DNA of 64,000 nt from an uncultured bacterium (GCA_965368975.1 CBDUPA010000025.1:1-64000); one strand, 5' to 3'; counted from the stretch's first letter, positions 52,890-63,687 are shown. Notes: generated from the sequence alone by a model not told the origin. Translations and numbers: made by a program.

Positions 52890-54794
52890 ATGACAGCCAC
52901 CTACGACGCCTCCGCCATTGAAGTCCTCAAGGGCTTGGAGCCGGTGCGCAAGCGCCCCGGTATGTACACGCTCACCGAGCGACCGAACCACCTCGCTCAG
53001 GAAGTCATCGACAACGCCGTCGACGAAGCTGTCGCCGGACATTGCCGCAAGATCAAGGTCAAGATCTACGAGGACGGTTCGCTGTCGGTCGAAGACGACG
53101 GCCGCGGCATGCCGGTGGACAAGCACAAGGGAGAGCAGATCTCCGGCGTCGAGGTGATCCTGACGCGGCTGCACGCGGGCGCCAAGTTCTCGAACAAGAG
53201 CTATCGCTTCTCCGGCGGTCTGCACGGCGTCGGCGTGTCTGTGGTCAATGCGCTGTCGAAGAAGCTCGACGTGTGGGTGCGGCGCGGCGGAAAAGAGCAC
53301 CACATGGCGTTCCGCGACGGCGGCAAGGCGTCGCCGCTGAAGGTGATCGGCGATGTCGGCGTGCGCAACACGGGCACGACGCTGCGCTTCTGGCCCGACC
53401 CGCAATTCTTCGACTCGCCCAAATTCAGCTTGCCGCGGCTGCGCCACCTGCTGCGCGCCAAGGCGGTGCTGTGCCCCGGATTGACCATCAGCCTGGACGT
53501 CGAGGGGCAACCGGAAGACGCTGAGGAATGGTGCTACGAAGACGGCCTGAGCGACTACTTGCTGGACGAGCTGGACGAGTTGGTACGCGTGCCCGAAGCC
53601 CCCTTCGTGGGGCACTTCCAGGGCGAAGACCAGGAAGCCGACTGGGCGGTGCTGTGGCTGCCGGAAGAGGGCGAGCCCCTGGGCGAGAGCTACGTCAACC
53701 TGATCCCGACGCCGCAAGGCGGCACGCACGTCAACGGCTTCCGCCTCGGCCTCACCGACGCCATCCGCGAGTTCTGCGAGTTCCGCAACCTGCTGCCGCG
53801 CGGACTCAAGATCAGCCCCGAGGACGTCTGGTCACGCTGCTGCTACATCCTGTCGCTGCGCATGCACGAGCCGCAGTTCAGCGGTCAAACCAAGGAGCGC
53901 TTGTCATCGCGCGAGGCGGCGGCCTTCGTCGCCGGCGTCACCAAGGACGCCTTCAGCCTGTGGCTCAACCAGCACACCGAGGACGCGGAGCGCATCGCTC
54001 AGCTGGCGATCGACAACGCGACGTCCCGGCAACGCTCGGCCAAGAAGGTGGCCCGCAAGAAAGTGGCAGGCGGTCCGGCGCTGCCGGGCAAGCTGGCCGA
54101 CTGTACGCAGCAGGACCTCGACGTCACCGAACTGTTCCTGGTCGAGGGTGACTCGGCCGGTGGTTCGGCCAAGCAAGCACGCTCGAAGGACTTCCAAGCC
54201 ATCCTGCCGCTACGTGGCAAGATCCTCAACACGTGGGAGGTCGATTCGGCGCGCGTGCTGGCGTCACAAGAAGTGCACGACATCGCGGTCGCTCTGGGCA
54301 TCGACCCGGGGTCACCCGACCTGAGCAATCTGCGCTACGGCAAGGTGTGCATCCTGGCCGACGCCGACTCCGATGGTGCCCACATCGCCACCTTGCTGTG
54401 CGCGCTGTTCGTCAAGCACTTCCGAGCCCTGGTCGACGCTGGACGCCTGTACGTCGCCATGCCGCCGCTCTTCCGCATCGACGTCGGCAAGCAGGTCTTC
54501 TACGCCCTCGACGACGCCGAGCGCGACGGCATTCTGCAGCGCGTCGAGGCCGAGAACATGCGCGGCAAGGTAACCATCCAGCGCTTCAAGGGTCTGGGCG
54601 AGATGAACCCGCTGCAGCTGCGCGAGACCACCATGGACCCCACCACCCGGCGGCTGGTGCAACTGCGGCTCGACGTACCGCTCGAAGACGGCGGCGCTCC
54701 AGACGCGGTGATCGACATGCTGCTGGCCAAGGGCCGCGCCAGTGATCGCAAGCAATGGCTGATGGACAAGGGCGACCTGGCGACAGTCGAGTAG
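52890..54794 (+). CDS. parE: DNA topoisomerase IV subunit B
   Basis: GLEPVRKRPGMY, RPNHLAQEVIDN, SGGLHGVG, VEGDSAGGSAKQAR, DADSDG, RFKGLGEMNP.QLRETTM; start could be 52830. Confidence 0.95.
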   Translation: MTATYDASAIEVLKGLEPVRKRPGMYTLTERPNHLAQEVIDNAVDEAVAGHCRKIKVKIYEDGSLSVEDDGRGMPVDKHKGEQISGVEVILTRLHAGAKFSNKSYRFSGGLHGVGVSVVNALSKKLDVWVRRGGKEHHMAFRDGGKASPLKVIGDVGVRNTGTTLRFWPDPQFFDSPKFSLPRLRHLLRAKAVLCPGLTISLDVEGQPEDAEEWCYEDGLSDYLLDELDELVRVPEAPFVGHFQGEDQEADWAVLWLPEEGEPLGESYVNLIPTPQGGTHVNGFRLGLTDAIREFCEFRNLLPRGLKISPEDVWSRCCYILSLRMHEPQFSGQTKERLSSREAAAFVAGVTKDAFSLWLNQHTEDAERIAQLAIDNATSRQRSAKKVARKKVAGGPALPGKLADCTQQDLDVTELFLVEGDSAGGSAKQARSKDFQAILPLRGKILNTWEVDSARVLASQEVHDIAVALGIDPGSPDLSNLRYGKVCILADADSDGAHIATLLCALFVKHFRALVDAGRLYVAMPPLFRIDVGKQVFYALDDAERDGILQRVEAENMRGKVTIQRFKGLGEMNPLQLRETTMDPTTRRLVQLRLDVPLEDGGAPDAVIDMLLAKGRASDRKQWLMDKGDLATVE

Positions 54795-54848
54795 GGCGTC
54801 GAAGGAAGGCGTCGAAGGAAGGCGTCGAATAGGGTGGGCGAATAGGGT
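54795..54848. repeat. Short direct repeats in the parE-parC spacer
   Basis: ggcgtcgaaggaa x2.7, then cgaatagggt x2. Confidence 0.75.
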
Positions 54849-54869
54849 AACGGTGGACTAAGAGCGAAC

Positions 54870-57164
54870 ATGGCAAGCAAGACACGTAAGAAGAGCAAGA
54901 AGACCCAGCAGCACCAGCTGCGGATCGACGCCATGGCGGCCGAGATCGAGAAGCGCGCGCTCAGCGACTTCTCCGAGAAGGCGTATCTCGACTACGCCAT
55001 GTACGTCATCCTCGACCGTGCTCTGCCGCACGTCGGCGATGGTCTCAAGCCAGTGCAGCGGCGCATCGTCTACGCCATGTCCGAGCTCGGCCTGTCCGCG
55101 GCGGCCAAGTTCAAGAAGAGTGCGCGTACCGTCGGTGACGTGCTCGGCAAGTACCACCCGCACGGCGACTCCGCGGCCTACGAGGCCATGGTGCTGATGG
55201 CGCAGGACTTCTCCTACCGCTACACCCTGATCGACGGCCAGGGCAACTGGGGCACGCAGGACGACCCCAAATCCTTCGCCGCCATGCGCTATACCGAGTC
55301 GCGCCTGACCCGCTATGCTCAGACGCTGCTCAACGAGCTGGGTCAGGGCACCGTCGACTGGGGCCTCAACTTCGATGGCACCCTACGCGAACCCAAGCTG
55401 CTGCCGGCACGTTTGCCCAACATGCTGCTCAACGGCGCCTCCGGCATCGCCGTCGGTATGGCCACCGACATCCCGCCGCACAACCTGCGCGAAGTGGTCA
55501 ACGCGACGATCCACCGGCTGCGCAACCCCAAGTGCTCGCTCGACGAACTCCTCTTCCACCTGCCCGGCCCCGACTTCCCTACCGCCGGTGAGCTGATCAC
55601 GCCGGCCGCCGAGCTGCGCGAGATGTACCTGACCGGCAGCGGCCAGGTACGTCAGCGTGCCGCCTGGCAGCGCGAAGGAGACGACATCGTGGTCACCGAC
55701 CTGCCGTATCAAGTCTCCGGCAGCAAGGTGTTGTCCCAGATCGCCGCCCAGATGCAGGCCAAGAAGCTGCCGATGGTCGACGACCTGCGCGACGAGTCAG
55801 ACCACGAGAATCCGACGCGCGTGGTGATCACGCCACGCTCCAACCGCGTCAATCTCGACACCTTGATGGCGCACCTTTTCGCCACCACTGACCTCGAGCG
55901 CTCCTACCGTGTCCAGCTCAACGCCATCGGTCTCGACGGCAAGCCGCACCTCTACACGCTCCCCACTCTGCTCGACGAGTGGCTGGCCTTCCGCATCGCC
56001 ACCGTCCGTCGGCGACTCGAGTTCCGGCTCGACAAGGTCCTCCAGCGCCTGCACATCCTCGAAGGCCTGCTGATCGCCTACCTCGACCTCGACGAGGTGA
56101 TCCGCATCATCCGCTTCGAAGAAGAGCCCAAGGCCAAGCTGATGGAACGCTTCGGCCTCACCGACCTGCAGGCCGAGTCGATCCTGGAACTCAAGCTGCG
56201 CTACCTGTCTCGTCTCGAAGAGATGAAGATCCGCGGCGAGCAGGACGAGTTGGAGGCCGAGCGCGAACAGCTCGAACAGACCCTCGGCTCCGAGACGCGT
56301 CTGAAGACAATGGTGCGCAAGGAACTGGAAGCCGACGCCGAAGAGTTCGGCGACGAGCGCCGCTGCAAGTTGGTCGAGAACGCGGCCGTCGCGCAAGCGA
56401 TGTCCGAAACCGACCTGATCCCCACCGAACCGGTGAGCGTCGTGCTATCCGAGAAGGGCTGGGTGCGCACCGCCAAAGGCCACGATATAGACCCCGGCAG
56501 CCTGAGCTACAAGGCCGGCGACGGTTTCCTAGCCGTCGCCCACGGCAAGAATGTCGACCAGGCCGTCTTCTTCGACTCGTCCGGCCGCAGTTACAGCCTA
56601 CCCGCCCGCGGCTTCCCGTCCGCACGGGGTCAGGGAGAACCCCTCAGCAGCAACCTGACACCTCCCGCCGGTGCACACTTCCTGACCGTGATCATGGCCG
56701 CCGACGAAGCCCTGTACCTGATCAGCTCGAACGCTGGCTACGGCTTCCTGGCACCACTCGGCGAGCTGCACGCTCGCAACAAGGCCGGCAAGGCCGTGCT
56801 GACTCTGCCCAAGGACTCCGAACCGCTGCTACCGCGACCGGTCGTCGACTTGGGCAACGACCAGATCGCTGCTATCAGCAGCGACGGCTACCTGCTCCTC
56901 TTCCCGCTTTCCGAGCTGCCACAGATGCCCAAGGGCAAAGGCGTGAAGCTGCTCAACCTACCCAAAGCACGCAAGGGCAAACCCGCCGAAACACTCATCG
57001 ACGCCATCGTCGTCCCGGTCGGCGGCACCCTGCGCATCCACGCCGGCCAGCGTTACATGAACCTCAAGCTGGCCGACCAGGAACACTTCCAGGGCAGCCG
57101 CGCCCAGCGCGGCAAGGCCCTGCCGCGCGGCTTCCGCAACGCGACGGCCTTGGAAGTGGTGTAA
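54870..57164 (+). CDS. parC: DNA topoisomerase IV subunit A
   Basis: [33 protein letters not shown] (catalytic Tyr), short ParC-type CTD ending [11 protein letters not shown]. Confidence 0.95.
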   Translation: MASKTRKKSKKTQQHQLRIDAMAAEIEKRALSDFSEKAYLDYAMYVILDRALPHVGDGLKPVQRRIVYAMSELGLSAAAKFKKSARTVGDVLGKYHPHGDSAAYEAMVLMAQDFSYRYTLIDGQGNWGTQDDPKSFAAMRYTESRLTRYAQTLLNELGQGTVDWGLNFDGTLREPKLLPARLPNMLLNGASGIAVGMATDIPPHNLREVVNATIHRLRNPKCSLDELLFHLPGPDFPTAGELITPAAELREMYLTGSGQVRQRAAWQREGDDIVVTDLPYQVSGSKVLSQIAAQMQAKKLPMVDDLRDESDHENPTRVVITPRSNRVNLDTLMAHLFATTDLERSYRVQLNAIGLDGKPHLYTLPTLLDEWLAFRIATVRRRLEFRLDKVLQRLHILEGLLIAYLDLDEVIRIIRFEEEPKAKLMERFGLTDLQAESILELKLRYLSRLEEMKIRGEQDELEAEREQLEQTLGSETRLKTMVRKELEADAEEFGDERRCKLVENAAVAQAMSETDLIPTEPVSVVLSEKGWVRTAKGHDIDPGSLSYKAGDGFLAVAHGKNVDQAVFFDSSGRSYSLPARGFPSARGQGEPLSSNLTPPAGAHFLTVIMAADEALYLISSNAGYGFLAPLGELHARNKAGKAVLTLPKDSEPLLPRPVVDLGNDQIAAISSDGYLLLFPLSELPQMPKGKGVKLLNLPKARKGKPAETLIDAIVVPVGGTLRIHAGQRYMNLKLADQEHFQGSRAQRGKALPRGFRNATALEVV

Positions 57165-57173
57165 GCTCCCTGT

Positions 57174-58379
57174 ATGCACCCACAGTGGTTGGAAGACAAC
57201 GAACTCGAGGCGTTGCTCCTAGACCTTGAATCCGACTGGGTCGAGCGTAAGCGAAACGCCAAAGAACCCAACAAGGTTCGCCAGGCGATCTGCTGTTTCG
57301 CCAACGATCTCCCAAATCACCGGAAGCCAGGAGTCATTTTTGTAGGCATCGAAGATGATGGGACCTCCGCGGACCTGGAGATCAATGACAGGCTGCTAAC
57401 TCAGCTGGCACAGATGCCCAAGGATGGGAAGATCCAACCCTTCCCGGCGGTGACAGTGCAGAAGCGCAGGTTGCACGGTATGAGTCTGGCCGTGATTCAG
57501 GTAATGCCCGCCGATGCGCCGCCTGTGCGGTTTGACGGGAGAATCCACGTTCGAGTCGGTCCCAGCGGAAGCACCGCGAGTCGACAAGAAGAGATCCTAC
57601 TGAACGAGAAGCGGCGGTCACGAGACCTACCCTTCGACCTGCAGCCACTCCCTTCGGCCTCCCTCGACGATCTAGACTTGGGCCTATTTCGTCGCACCTA
57701 TCTGCCGAGCGCGCTACCGACCGATGTTCTCGAAGAGAATCAACGCTCCGAGACTCAGCAACTTCAATCGCTTCGCTTTTCGACCAGCACCGACCCGAGC
57801 TTCCCCACCGTTCTCGGGATGTTGACGCTCGGCAGTGACCCTCTGCGATTCCTGCCCGGAGCCTATATCCAGTTTCTCCGCATCGAAGGGACCTCAATTG
57901 GAGATCCAATCAAGACAGAACGAGAGCTGTCGGGACCTCTTCCGGACATGTTGCACGAGCTCGACCAGACCCTGGAGATCAACATCTCGACAGCTGTTGA
58001 CATCACATCGTCAACTCGCGAAATAAGGCAGGCCGATTACCCTCTTGCCGCTCTCCAACAGCTGACACGAAATGCAATCCTGCACCGAGCCTACGACGGT
58101 ACCAATGCCCCCACCCGGCTTCTATGGTTCTCGGACCGAATCGAACTCCACAGCCCCGGCGGACTCTTCGGTCAAGTCAACCAAGACAACTTCGGCCAGC
58201 CCGGCGTGACGGACTATCGCAATCCTCATCTGGCGGAAGTCCTGAAAAATCTGGGCTACGTCCAGAAGTTTGGTTACGGTATCTCCACGGCCCAGCGAGC
58301 TCTGGAGAAGAACGGCAACCCGCCGGCTGAGTTCGAACTGCCCGGTAATCGCGTTCTGGTCACGGTGAGAGCGGCATGA
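57174..58379 (+). CDS. Schlafen/AlbA_2 domain + HATPase_c_4 (RecG-C-like) protein
   Basis: ESDWVERK (ExxxxExK), CCFAND, GVIFVGIEDDG; C-terminal NAILHRAY, DRIELHSPGG, RNPHLAEVL..LGYVQKFGYG. Confidence 0.82.
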   Translation: MHPQWLEDNELEALLLDLESDWVERKRNAKEPNKVRQAICCFANDLPNHRKPGVIFVGIEDDGTSADLEINDRLLTQLAQMPKDGKIQPFPAVTVQKRRLHGMSLAVIQVMPADAPPVRFDGRIHVRVGPSGSTASRQEEILLNEKRRSRDLPFDLQPLPSASLDDLDLGLFRRTYLPSALPTDVLEENQRSETQQLQSLRFSTSTDPSFPTVLGMLTLGSDPLRFLPGAYIQFLRIEGTSIGDPIKTERELSGPLPDMLHELDQTLEINISTAVDITSSTREIRQADYPLAALQQLTRNAILHRAYDGTNAPTRLLWFSDRIELHSPGGLFGQVNQDNFGQPGVTDYRNPHLAEVLKNLGYVQKFGYGISTAQRALEKNGNPPAEFELPGNRVLVTVRAA

Positions 58380-59386
58380 GCACGACGGCAATCGCTTTCT
58401 TCAACAACAAGGGTGGCGTGGGCAAGACATCGTTGGTCTACCACCTGGCCTGGATGTATGCCGACCTGGGCTTGCGCGTCGTCGCTGCCGACCTCGACCC
58501 CCAAGCCAATCTCACAGCCGCCTTCCTTGATGAAGACCAACTCTCTGAGTTGTGGCTCGCCGAGAAACCCGGCGGAACTATCTATCAGTGCGTCAAACCA
58601 CTGATAGATGCGACAGGCGACATCACCTCTCCTCATCTCCACATCGCCGACGAATCCGAACGCCTGGCCCTTGTCGTTGGAGACCTGAACTTGTCTCGGT
58701 TCGAGGATGAACTCTCATCTCAGTGGCGTCAATGCGTGGACGGTGAAGCACGTCCTTTTCGCGTGATTTCGGCATTCTCCAGGACAATCCAGCGAGCAGC
58801 AGCAGCCTTCGAAGCTCAGCTGATCCTGATCGATCTCGGTCCGAACCTGGGCGCTCTGAACCGTGCAGCGATGATCGCTGCTGACTTTGTAACGGTTCCC
58901 TTGGCTCCCGATCTCTTCTCTTTGAAGGGTCTACAGAATCTAGGTCCTGCTCTCCAGACGTGGCGCCAGCTTTGGGCCAAGCGCATTCCCGACAACCCTG
59001 ATCAGCAGGCGATACCGTTACCGAGCGGTCGAATGGAACCGGCAGGCTACATTGTTCTTCAGCATGGCATCCGACTGGATCGCCCTGTCAAGGCATACAG
59101 CAACTGGATCGCTCGCATCCCGGAAACCTACCGAGAGTACGTGCTTCAGGTGAAGGACGACGTCAATCCGCCTGTCCAGGAAGATCCGCACTGCCTGGCG
59201 ATGCTCAAGCACTACCGCAGCCTGATGCCGATGGCACAAGAAGCTCGCAAACCAATCTTTCACCTGAAACCGGCAGACGGCGCCATAGGCTCTCATCTAA
59301 CAGCGGTTAGGGAAGCGGAGAAGGATTTCCACAAGCTGGCCCAAGTTCTAGCTGACCGCGTGGGCGTCCAAGTTCCGCCTCGGTAA
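58376..59386 (+). CDS. ParA/Soj-family ATPase (non-partitioning type, no parB)
   Basis: FNNKGGVGKT deviant Walker A, DLDPQANLT, IDLGPNLGALNR, PLAPDLFS; ATGA overlap with the upstream gene. Confidence 0.85.
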   Translation: MSTTAIAFFNNKGGVGKTSLVYHLAWMYADLGLRVVAADLDPQANLTAAFLDEDQLSELWLAEKPGGTIYQCVKPLIDATGDITSPHLHIADESERLALVVGDLNLSRFEDELSSQWRQCVDGEARPFRVISAFSRTIQRAAAAFEAQLILIDLGPNLGALNRAAMIAADFVTVPLAPDLFSLKGLQNLGPALQTWRQLWAKRIPDNPDQQAIPLPSGRMEPAGYIVLQHGIRLDRPVKAYSNWIARIPETYREYVLQVKDDVNPPVQEDPHCLAMLKHYRSLMPMAQEARKPIFHLKPADGAIGSHLTAVREAEKDFHKLAQVLADRVGVQVPPR

Positions 59387-59403
59387 GTCCAGATGTCTGC
59401 TCG

Positions 59404-60582
59404 TTACCTCGACGCCCGCGTCGACGGCTTCTCGAACTGGCGGTCCTTCAGATACATGTACATCACCGCCATCGAGTCCTGATCCTCGCCCGAGGTGTTG
59501 TTGTACGAGCTGACGAGTTCGTACTCGTGATCCTTGTACAGCATCACGCCCTCTTCGCTCGTGAAGTACTCGACGTGCCGAATGCCGATTCCCTTGTCGG
59601 CCGGTCGAACCTGGCTCTTGAACACCGTCTCGCCGCTGGTCAGGTCGCGCAGCTCCAACCATTCGGCGAACGGATGCAGGTGCACGGCAATGTAGTGCAC
59701 GGTGGTGTCGTAGGGCAGATGAAGAATGTTGGTGACCAGGGTATGGTTCACTTCTTTTCCCGGCTTGACCACCCAATGGCCGGTGAAGCGCTGGCCGAGG
59801 GCGTCCTGGTACTCGTGACCGGCGGCGTTCTCGCCCACCAGGCAGCCCGGGCCCATCTCTTCCATGTCGTGACCTTCGTGCTCTTCCATCGCCATGCCGT
59901 AGTGCGCCGGCTGCTCGGAGTCGAGTACCTTGAGACCATAGACGCCGATCGGCATCAGTGGCTGCATGGGTGACTCGACCTGGCGGTCGCGCACGAACTG
60001 GATGGTGACCTTGTGGCGCACCTGGAAGTCGGCGGGATCGTGGTTGAGGTTGAGCACCTGGGTGGTCAGGTTGAGCGGTTCGTGCGACATGACCGGGATG
60101 CCGAAGCCCTCGGGCATCCGAATGTCGAACTGGCCTTGCGACAGCGTGAACAGGCGCCCGCTCAGAACCTGGCGCGCGTCGAACAATTCGCGGTGCAGGC
60201 TCGGATCGATGTCCAAGTTGCTGTGGCACATGAACTCTTGCTCGCGTGGTTCCTGCCCGTCGGGGCCGACCATGACGGCCTCGTAGCCAACGATCCACAA
60301 CAGCTCTGGCCGCGGCGCGTCGTCGATCAAGAAGACCTCTTCCTGGCTCCACGGCCCCATCATCGAGCGGTACTTGCGGTCGACCTCGTAGGTCTTGGAC
60401 AGGATCTGCTTGCTCAGAACCGGAGCACCAGCGACGGTGCCGGTAGCAGGGCCAGCACTGCTCCTGGCGCTATCAGCAGCAGCTGGAAGCACCAAGACGG
60501 TGAGTGCGGCCGTGATCAGGCCGGTCAAGAGCAGTGGCGAGAGCTGTGAAGGGAGGCGATGGGTCGAAGTTTCCTGCGTCAC
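59404..60582 (-). CDS. Exported protein with a copper type II monooxygenase C-terminal-like (PHM-fold) region
   Basis: Signal peptide; HYIAVHLHP and Y.N.....DSM.VM resemble the CuM HxH...M site; AGGAG RBS before the GTG. Confidence 0.5.
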   Translation of the reverse strand: MTQETSTHRLPSQLSPLLLTGLITAALTVLVLPAAADSARSSAGPATGTVAGAPVLSKQILSKTYEVDRKYRSMMGPWSQEEVFLIDDAPRPELLWIVGYEAVMVGPDGQEPREQEFMCHSNLDIDPSLHRELFDARQVLSGRLFTLSQGQFDIRMPEGFGIPVMSHEPLNLTTQVLNLNHDPADFQVRHKVTIQFVRDRQVESPMQPLMPIGVYGLKVLDSEQPAHYGMAMEEHEGHDMEEMGPGCLVGENAAGHEYQDALGQRFTGHWVVKPGKEVNHTLVTNILHLPYDTTVHYIAVHLHPFAEWLELRDLTSGETVFKSQVRPADKGIGIRHVEYFTSEEGVMLYKDHEYELVSSYNNTSGEDQDSMAVMYMYLKDRQFEKPSTRASR

Positions 60583-60645
60583 GATGACGGTCTCCTACGA
60601 TGCAGTCACGGATTCTAGGCGAGCACGGATTCGGAGGGTCGAGGT

Positions 60646-62469
60646 TCAGCCACCCCGGCCCAGCCACTCGAGCAGGCCGAGGGTGAGCACGGGCAGGTAG
60701 GTGATCAACAGCACACCGATGCCGAGGATGAAGAGCATGGGCAGGGCCGCGCGGTAGACCTGCAGTAGCGGCTTCTCGAAGCGATACGAAGCCAGGAAGA
60801 GGTTGAGGCCGACCGGCGGGGTCAAGTATCCCAGCTCCAGATTGGCGATGAAGATGATCCCCAAGTGCACAGGGTGGATGCCGAAGGCGACGCCCAGCGG
60901 CACGATCAGCGGCACCACCACGACGATGGCCGAGAAGATGTCCATCAGGCAGCCGACGAGCAACAGGAAGACGTTGAGGCAAAGCAGAAAGACCAGGGGT
61001 GAGCTGATGTGCGCCTGCGCCCACTCGACGACCTGACTGGGGATCTGGGCGTCGACCAGGTAGTTGGTCAAACCCATGGCGACGCCGAGGATGATCAGCA
61101 CGCCACCCACCAGGACGCCGCAGTTGCGCAGCACGCGTGGCACGTCGCTCCGAAGGTTGAGATCCTTGTGCACGAAGACCTGGATGAAGAAGGCGTAGAG
61201 TGCCGCCAGCGCCGAGGCTTCGACCGGCGTCGCCCAGCCGAGGAAGATCGCCGCCAGGACGATCAGCGGCAGGGCGAGTTCCCACTTGCCACGATTGAGC
61301 GCGGACAGGGCGCTACGGACGTCGAAGGGCTCGCGCGGCACCTTGGATTTCCAACCTTCCCGCATGCCCCAGGCGACGACCAGCAGCACCAGCAGCAGGC
61401 CCGGCACCAGGCCCCCCAGGAACAGATCTTCGATCGGGATCTGCGCCACGATGCCGTAGAGGATGACGGGCAACGCGGGCGGGAACAGCAGACCGAGGGA
61501 GCCGGAAGCCGTGAGCAGCCCCACGGAAAAGGTATCGCGGTATCCCTCTTGACGCAGCCCTTGGAAGAGCAGTGCACCGAGCGCCAGAATCGTCACTCCA
61601 GAACCGCCAGTGAAAGCGGTGAAGAAAGCACAGACGACGGCGCACACCACCGCGGTGCCGCCCGGCATCCAGCCGAAGAGGGCGCGGAAGAGGCCGACCA
61701 GGCGCTGCGACGCCTGCCCTTCAGCGAGCAGGAAGCCAGCGAGGGTGAAGAGCGGGATGGCCGGCAACGTCGGAGACACGACGAGTCGGTAGGTCTCGGC
61801 AGGTACGGCAGCCGCGGGAACGGCTTCAGCCAGGAAGAGGAAGACCGCGGCACCGCCAATAGCCACGAAGATCGGTCCGCCCAGCACCGTGGCCAGCAGC
61901 AGTACGGCGAGCGCCGGCCAGGCGGGACGGAACTCCAAGATCTCCGGATGCAGACCGAGCCAGACACCGACCGCCAGACCAAGGGACGCCAGCCCGCGAC
62001 CCCACCAGCGTTCTGACGCGTACCAGACCTGCCGCAGAGCGACCAGGGCGAAGCCCACGGGCAGCGCCAGCTGTCCGACCCATACCGGCACGCCGAGCGC
62101 GATGTCGCCGCCGAACTCGTACTCACTGCGAACCAGGTCATAGCAGGCCAGGAAGAGGAGCGCCGAGACGCCAGCACCGACGGCGCCGGTGAAGATCTTT
62201 GCCGCTTGGCGGAAGCGGCCCTCGGGGAGAAACTCGCCAGTGGCCAGGGCCAGAAGCTTGCCTTCCTTGGCCGCCAGCGCGGCTCCCAGGAAACCGACCC
62301 AGAGGGTCAGGTGCTGGGTGAAGGCACCAGCGCCAGGAACACCGGTCTCGAACAGGCTGCGCGCGACGATCTCGGCCAGCGGTAGCACCACCATGACGGC
62401 CAACGCCAGCACCACGACCCAGCCCTCGACACGGTCGAGATGCCGTGCCAGCCAGTGCCCGCCCCGCAC
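60646..62469 (-). CDS. TRAP transporter fused small and large permease (DctQ-DctM)
   Basis: N-terminal DctQ (LTLWVGFLGA), DctM motifs LPAIPLFTLAG, SGSLGLLFPP, GYLTPPVGLNLF. Confidence 0.9.
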   Translation of the reverse strand: MRGGHWLARHLDRVEGWVVVLALAVMVVLPLAEIVARSLFETGVPGAGAFTQHLTLWVGFLGAALAAKEGKLLALATGEFLPEGRFRQAAKIFTGAVGAGVSALLFLACYDLVRSEYEFGGDIALGVPVWVGQLALPVGFALVALRQVWYASERWWGRGLASLGLAVGVWLGLHPEILEFRPAWPALAVLLLATVLGGPIFVAIGGAAVFLFLAEAVPAAAVPAETYRLVVSPTLPAIPLFTLAGFLLAEGQASQRLVGLFRALFGWMPGGTAVVCAVVCAFFTAFTGGSGVTILALGALLFQGLRQEGYRDTFSVGLLTASGSLGLLFPPALPVILYGIVAQIPIEDLFLGGLVPGLLLVLLVVAWGMREGWKSKVPREPFDVRSALSALNRGKWELALPLIVLAAIFLGWATPVEASALAALYAFFIQVFVHKDLNLRSDVPRVLRNCGVLVGGVLIILGVAMGLTNYLVDAQIPSQVVEWAQAHISSPLVFLLCLNVFLLLVGCLMDIFSAIVVVVPLIVPLGVAFGIHPVHLGIIFIANLELGYLTPPVGLNLFLASYRFEKPLLQVYRAALPMLFILGIGVLLITYLPVLTLGLLEWLGRGG

Positions 62470-62540
62470 CAGTGCATTCGCGTCCTCAGGCGGCGGTGAG
62501 GCCGGCTCAGCCGCCGGCGCAACGCTCGCGCCGTCCGCGT

Positions 62541-63599
62541 TCAGGGTTGCCCTCCGGGACCGCGTGGGGAAGCTCGGAACTCTCGCCGCGCCGCCAGCGC
62601 TTGCTGCAGGATGTCCGCCGGTACGCGGCTATCTTGCACCGCCGCGGCGAAGGCTTCCGCTGCTTGCTCCCACACTTGAACCTGCTCGCCCTGCGGCGTC
62701 ACCACGGTCAAACCGCGCTTCTTCATCTCGGCAATGGCAGCCGTATCCTGCTCCGGCACTTCCGTTTCCAGGCGCTCCTCGGTTCTGCTCGCCGCCGCCA
62801 GCAGGGCTTGCTGATCCGCAACGCCGATACGCTGCCAGCTCCGGGCGCTGATGACCGTGCCACCGACCAGTGGTGCCACGCCGAGATCGAGCATGTAGGG
62901 CGCCTGGCGATACCACTGCAGCAGCAAGGCGGCCAGCGGCGGACTGGGAATGACGTCAACCATGCCGGTCTGCAGTCCAGTGAGGATGTCAGTGGTGGCC
63001 AGTGGTACCGGACGGTAGCCGTTGTTCTTCCACAGCTGCAGGCCTTCTTCGTCACCCGCGGTGACGAACATCTTGGCCCTCTTGAGATCCTCCAGCGTGC
63101 GCAGCTCGCGGCTGGCGAAAAGGTGGACCCAGCCCGCGTGGCCCCAGTGCAGCAGCTTGTAGCCCTTGGCTTCGAGCCGCTCCTGCAAGACTGGCGACAG
63201 GCGATCGAGCACGAAGTAGAGCTCCTCGTACGAGTCGAAGAAGAGCGGAATGGTGAAGACCAGGAAGGCCTCGTCGATATCGGCCAAGCCATTGACGGTC
63301 AAGACCGCCGCGTGCAGCTGACCGATGCGCATCTTGCGCACCACGTCGGGCTCGTCGCCCGCGACACCACCGGCATAGACGCGCAGGCGCACCCGCCCGT
63401 CCGTATCGTCCTGCCATTCGGCCCCCATCTCCTTGACGGCATCGTCCCAGATGGAACCTTCGGGTGCCAGCGAGGCCAGCTTGACGTTGACCGTCGCGGC
63501 CCTGGATATCGGCGCCACGAGCACGAAGCTCAGCAGCAAGAGAGCACCCACGATGGTGCGGGGGCGCGGGATCGAAGTCGTCAGAGTTCTGAATAGCAT
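62541..63599 (-). CDS. TRAP substrate-binding protein DctP (TatP-type)
   Basis: KLASLAPEGSIW, YAGGVAGDE..VVRKMRIGQLHAA, GLQTGMVD; likely start at the ATG at 63599. Confidence 0.88.
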   Translation of the reverse strand: MLFRTLTTSIPRPRTIVGALLLLSFVLVAPISRAATVNVKLASLAPEGSIWDDAVKEMGAEWQDDTDGRVRLRVYAGGVAGDEPDVVRKMRIGQLHAAVLTVNGLADIDEAFLVFTIPLFFDSYEELYFVLDRLSPVLQERLEAKGYKLLHWGHAGWVHLFASRELRTLEDLKRAKMFVTAGDEEGLQLWKNNGYRPVPLATTDILTGLQTGMVDVIPSPPLAALLLQWYRQAPYMLDLGVAPLVGGTVISARSWQRIGVADQQALLAAASRTEERLETEVPEQDTAAIAEMKKRGLTVVTPQGEQVQVWEQAAEAFAAAVQDSRVPADILQQALAARREFRASPRGPGGQP

Positions 63600-63687
63600 C
63601 AGGGGTGCTCCAGGGCAAAGGTGAGCAGTGGAATCATGGGCTCGAAGATTAGCGAACTGGAGGACGTGCGGCCAGGTGCGGAGTCGG

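Noticed and set aside
54795-54848. Direct repeats between parE and parC as a mini-CRISPR
   Set aside because: 13-bp contiguous units, no spacers, no cas genes
58376-59386. Chromosome or plasmid partitioning locus
   Set aside because: No parB, parS or rep nearby; the protein is longer than Soj and coupled to an AlbA_2 gene
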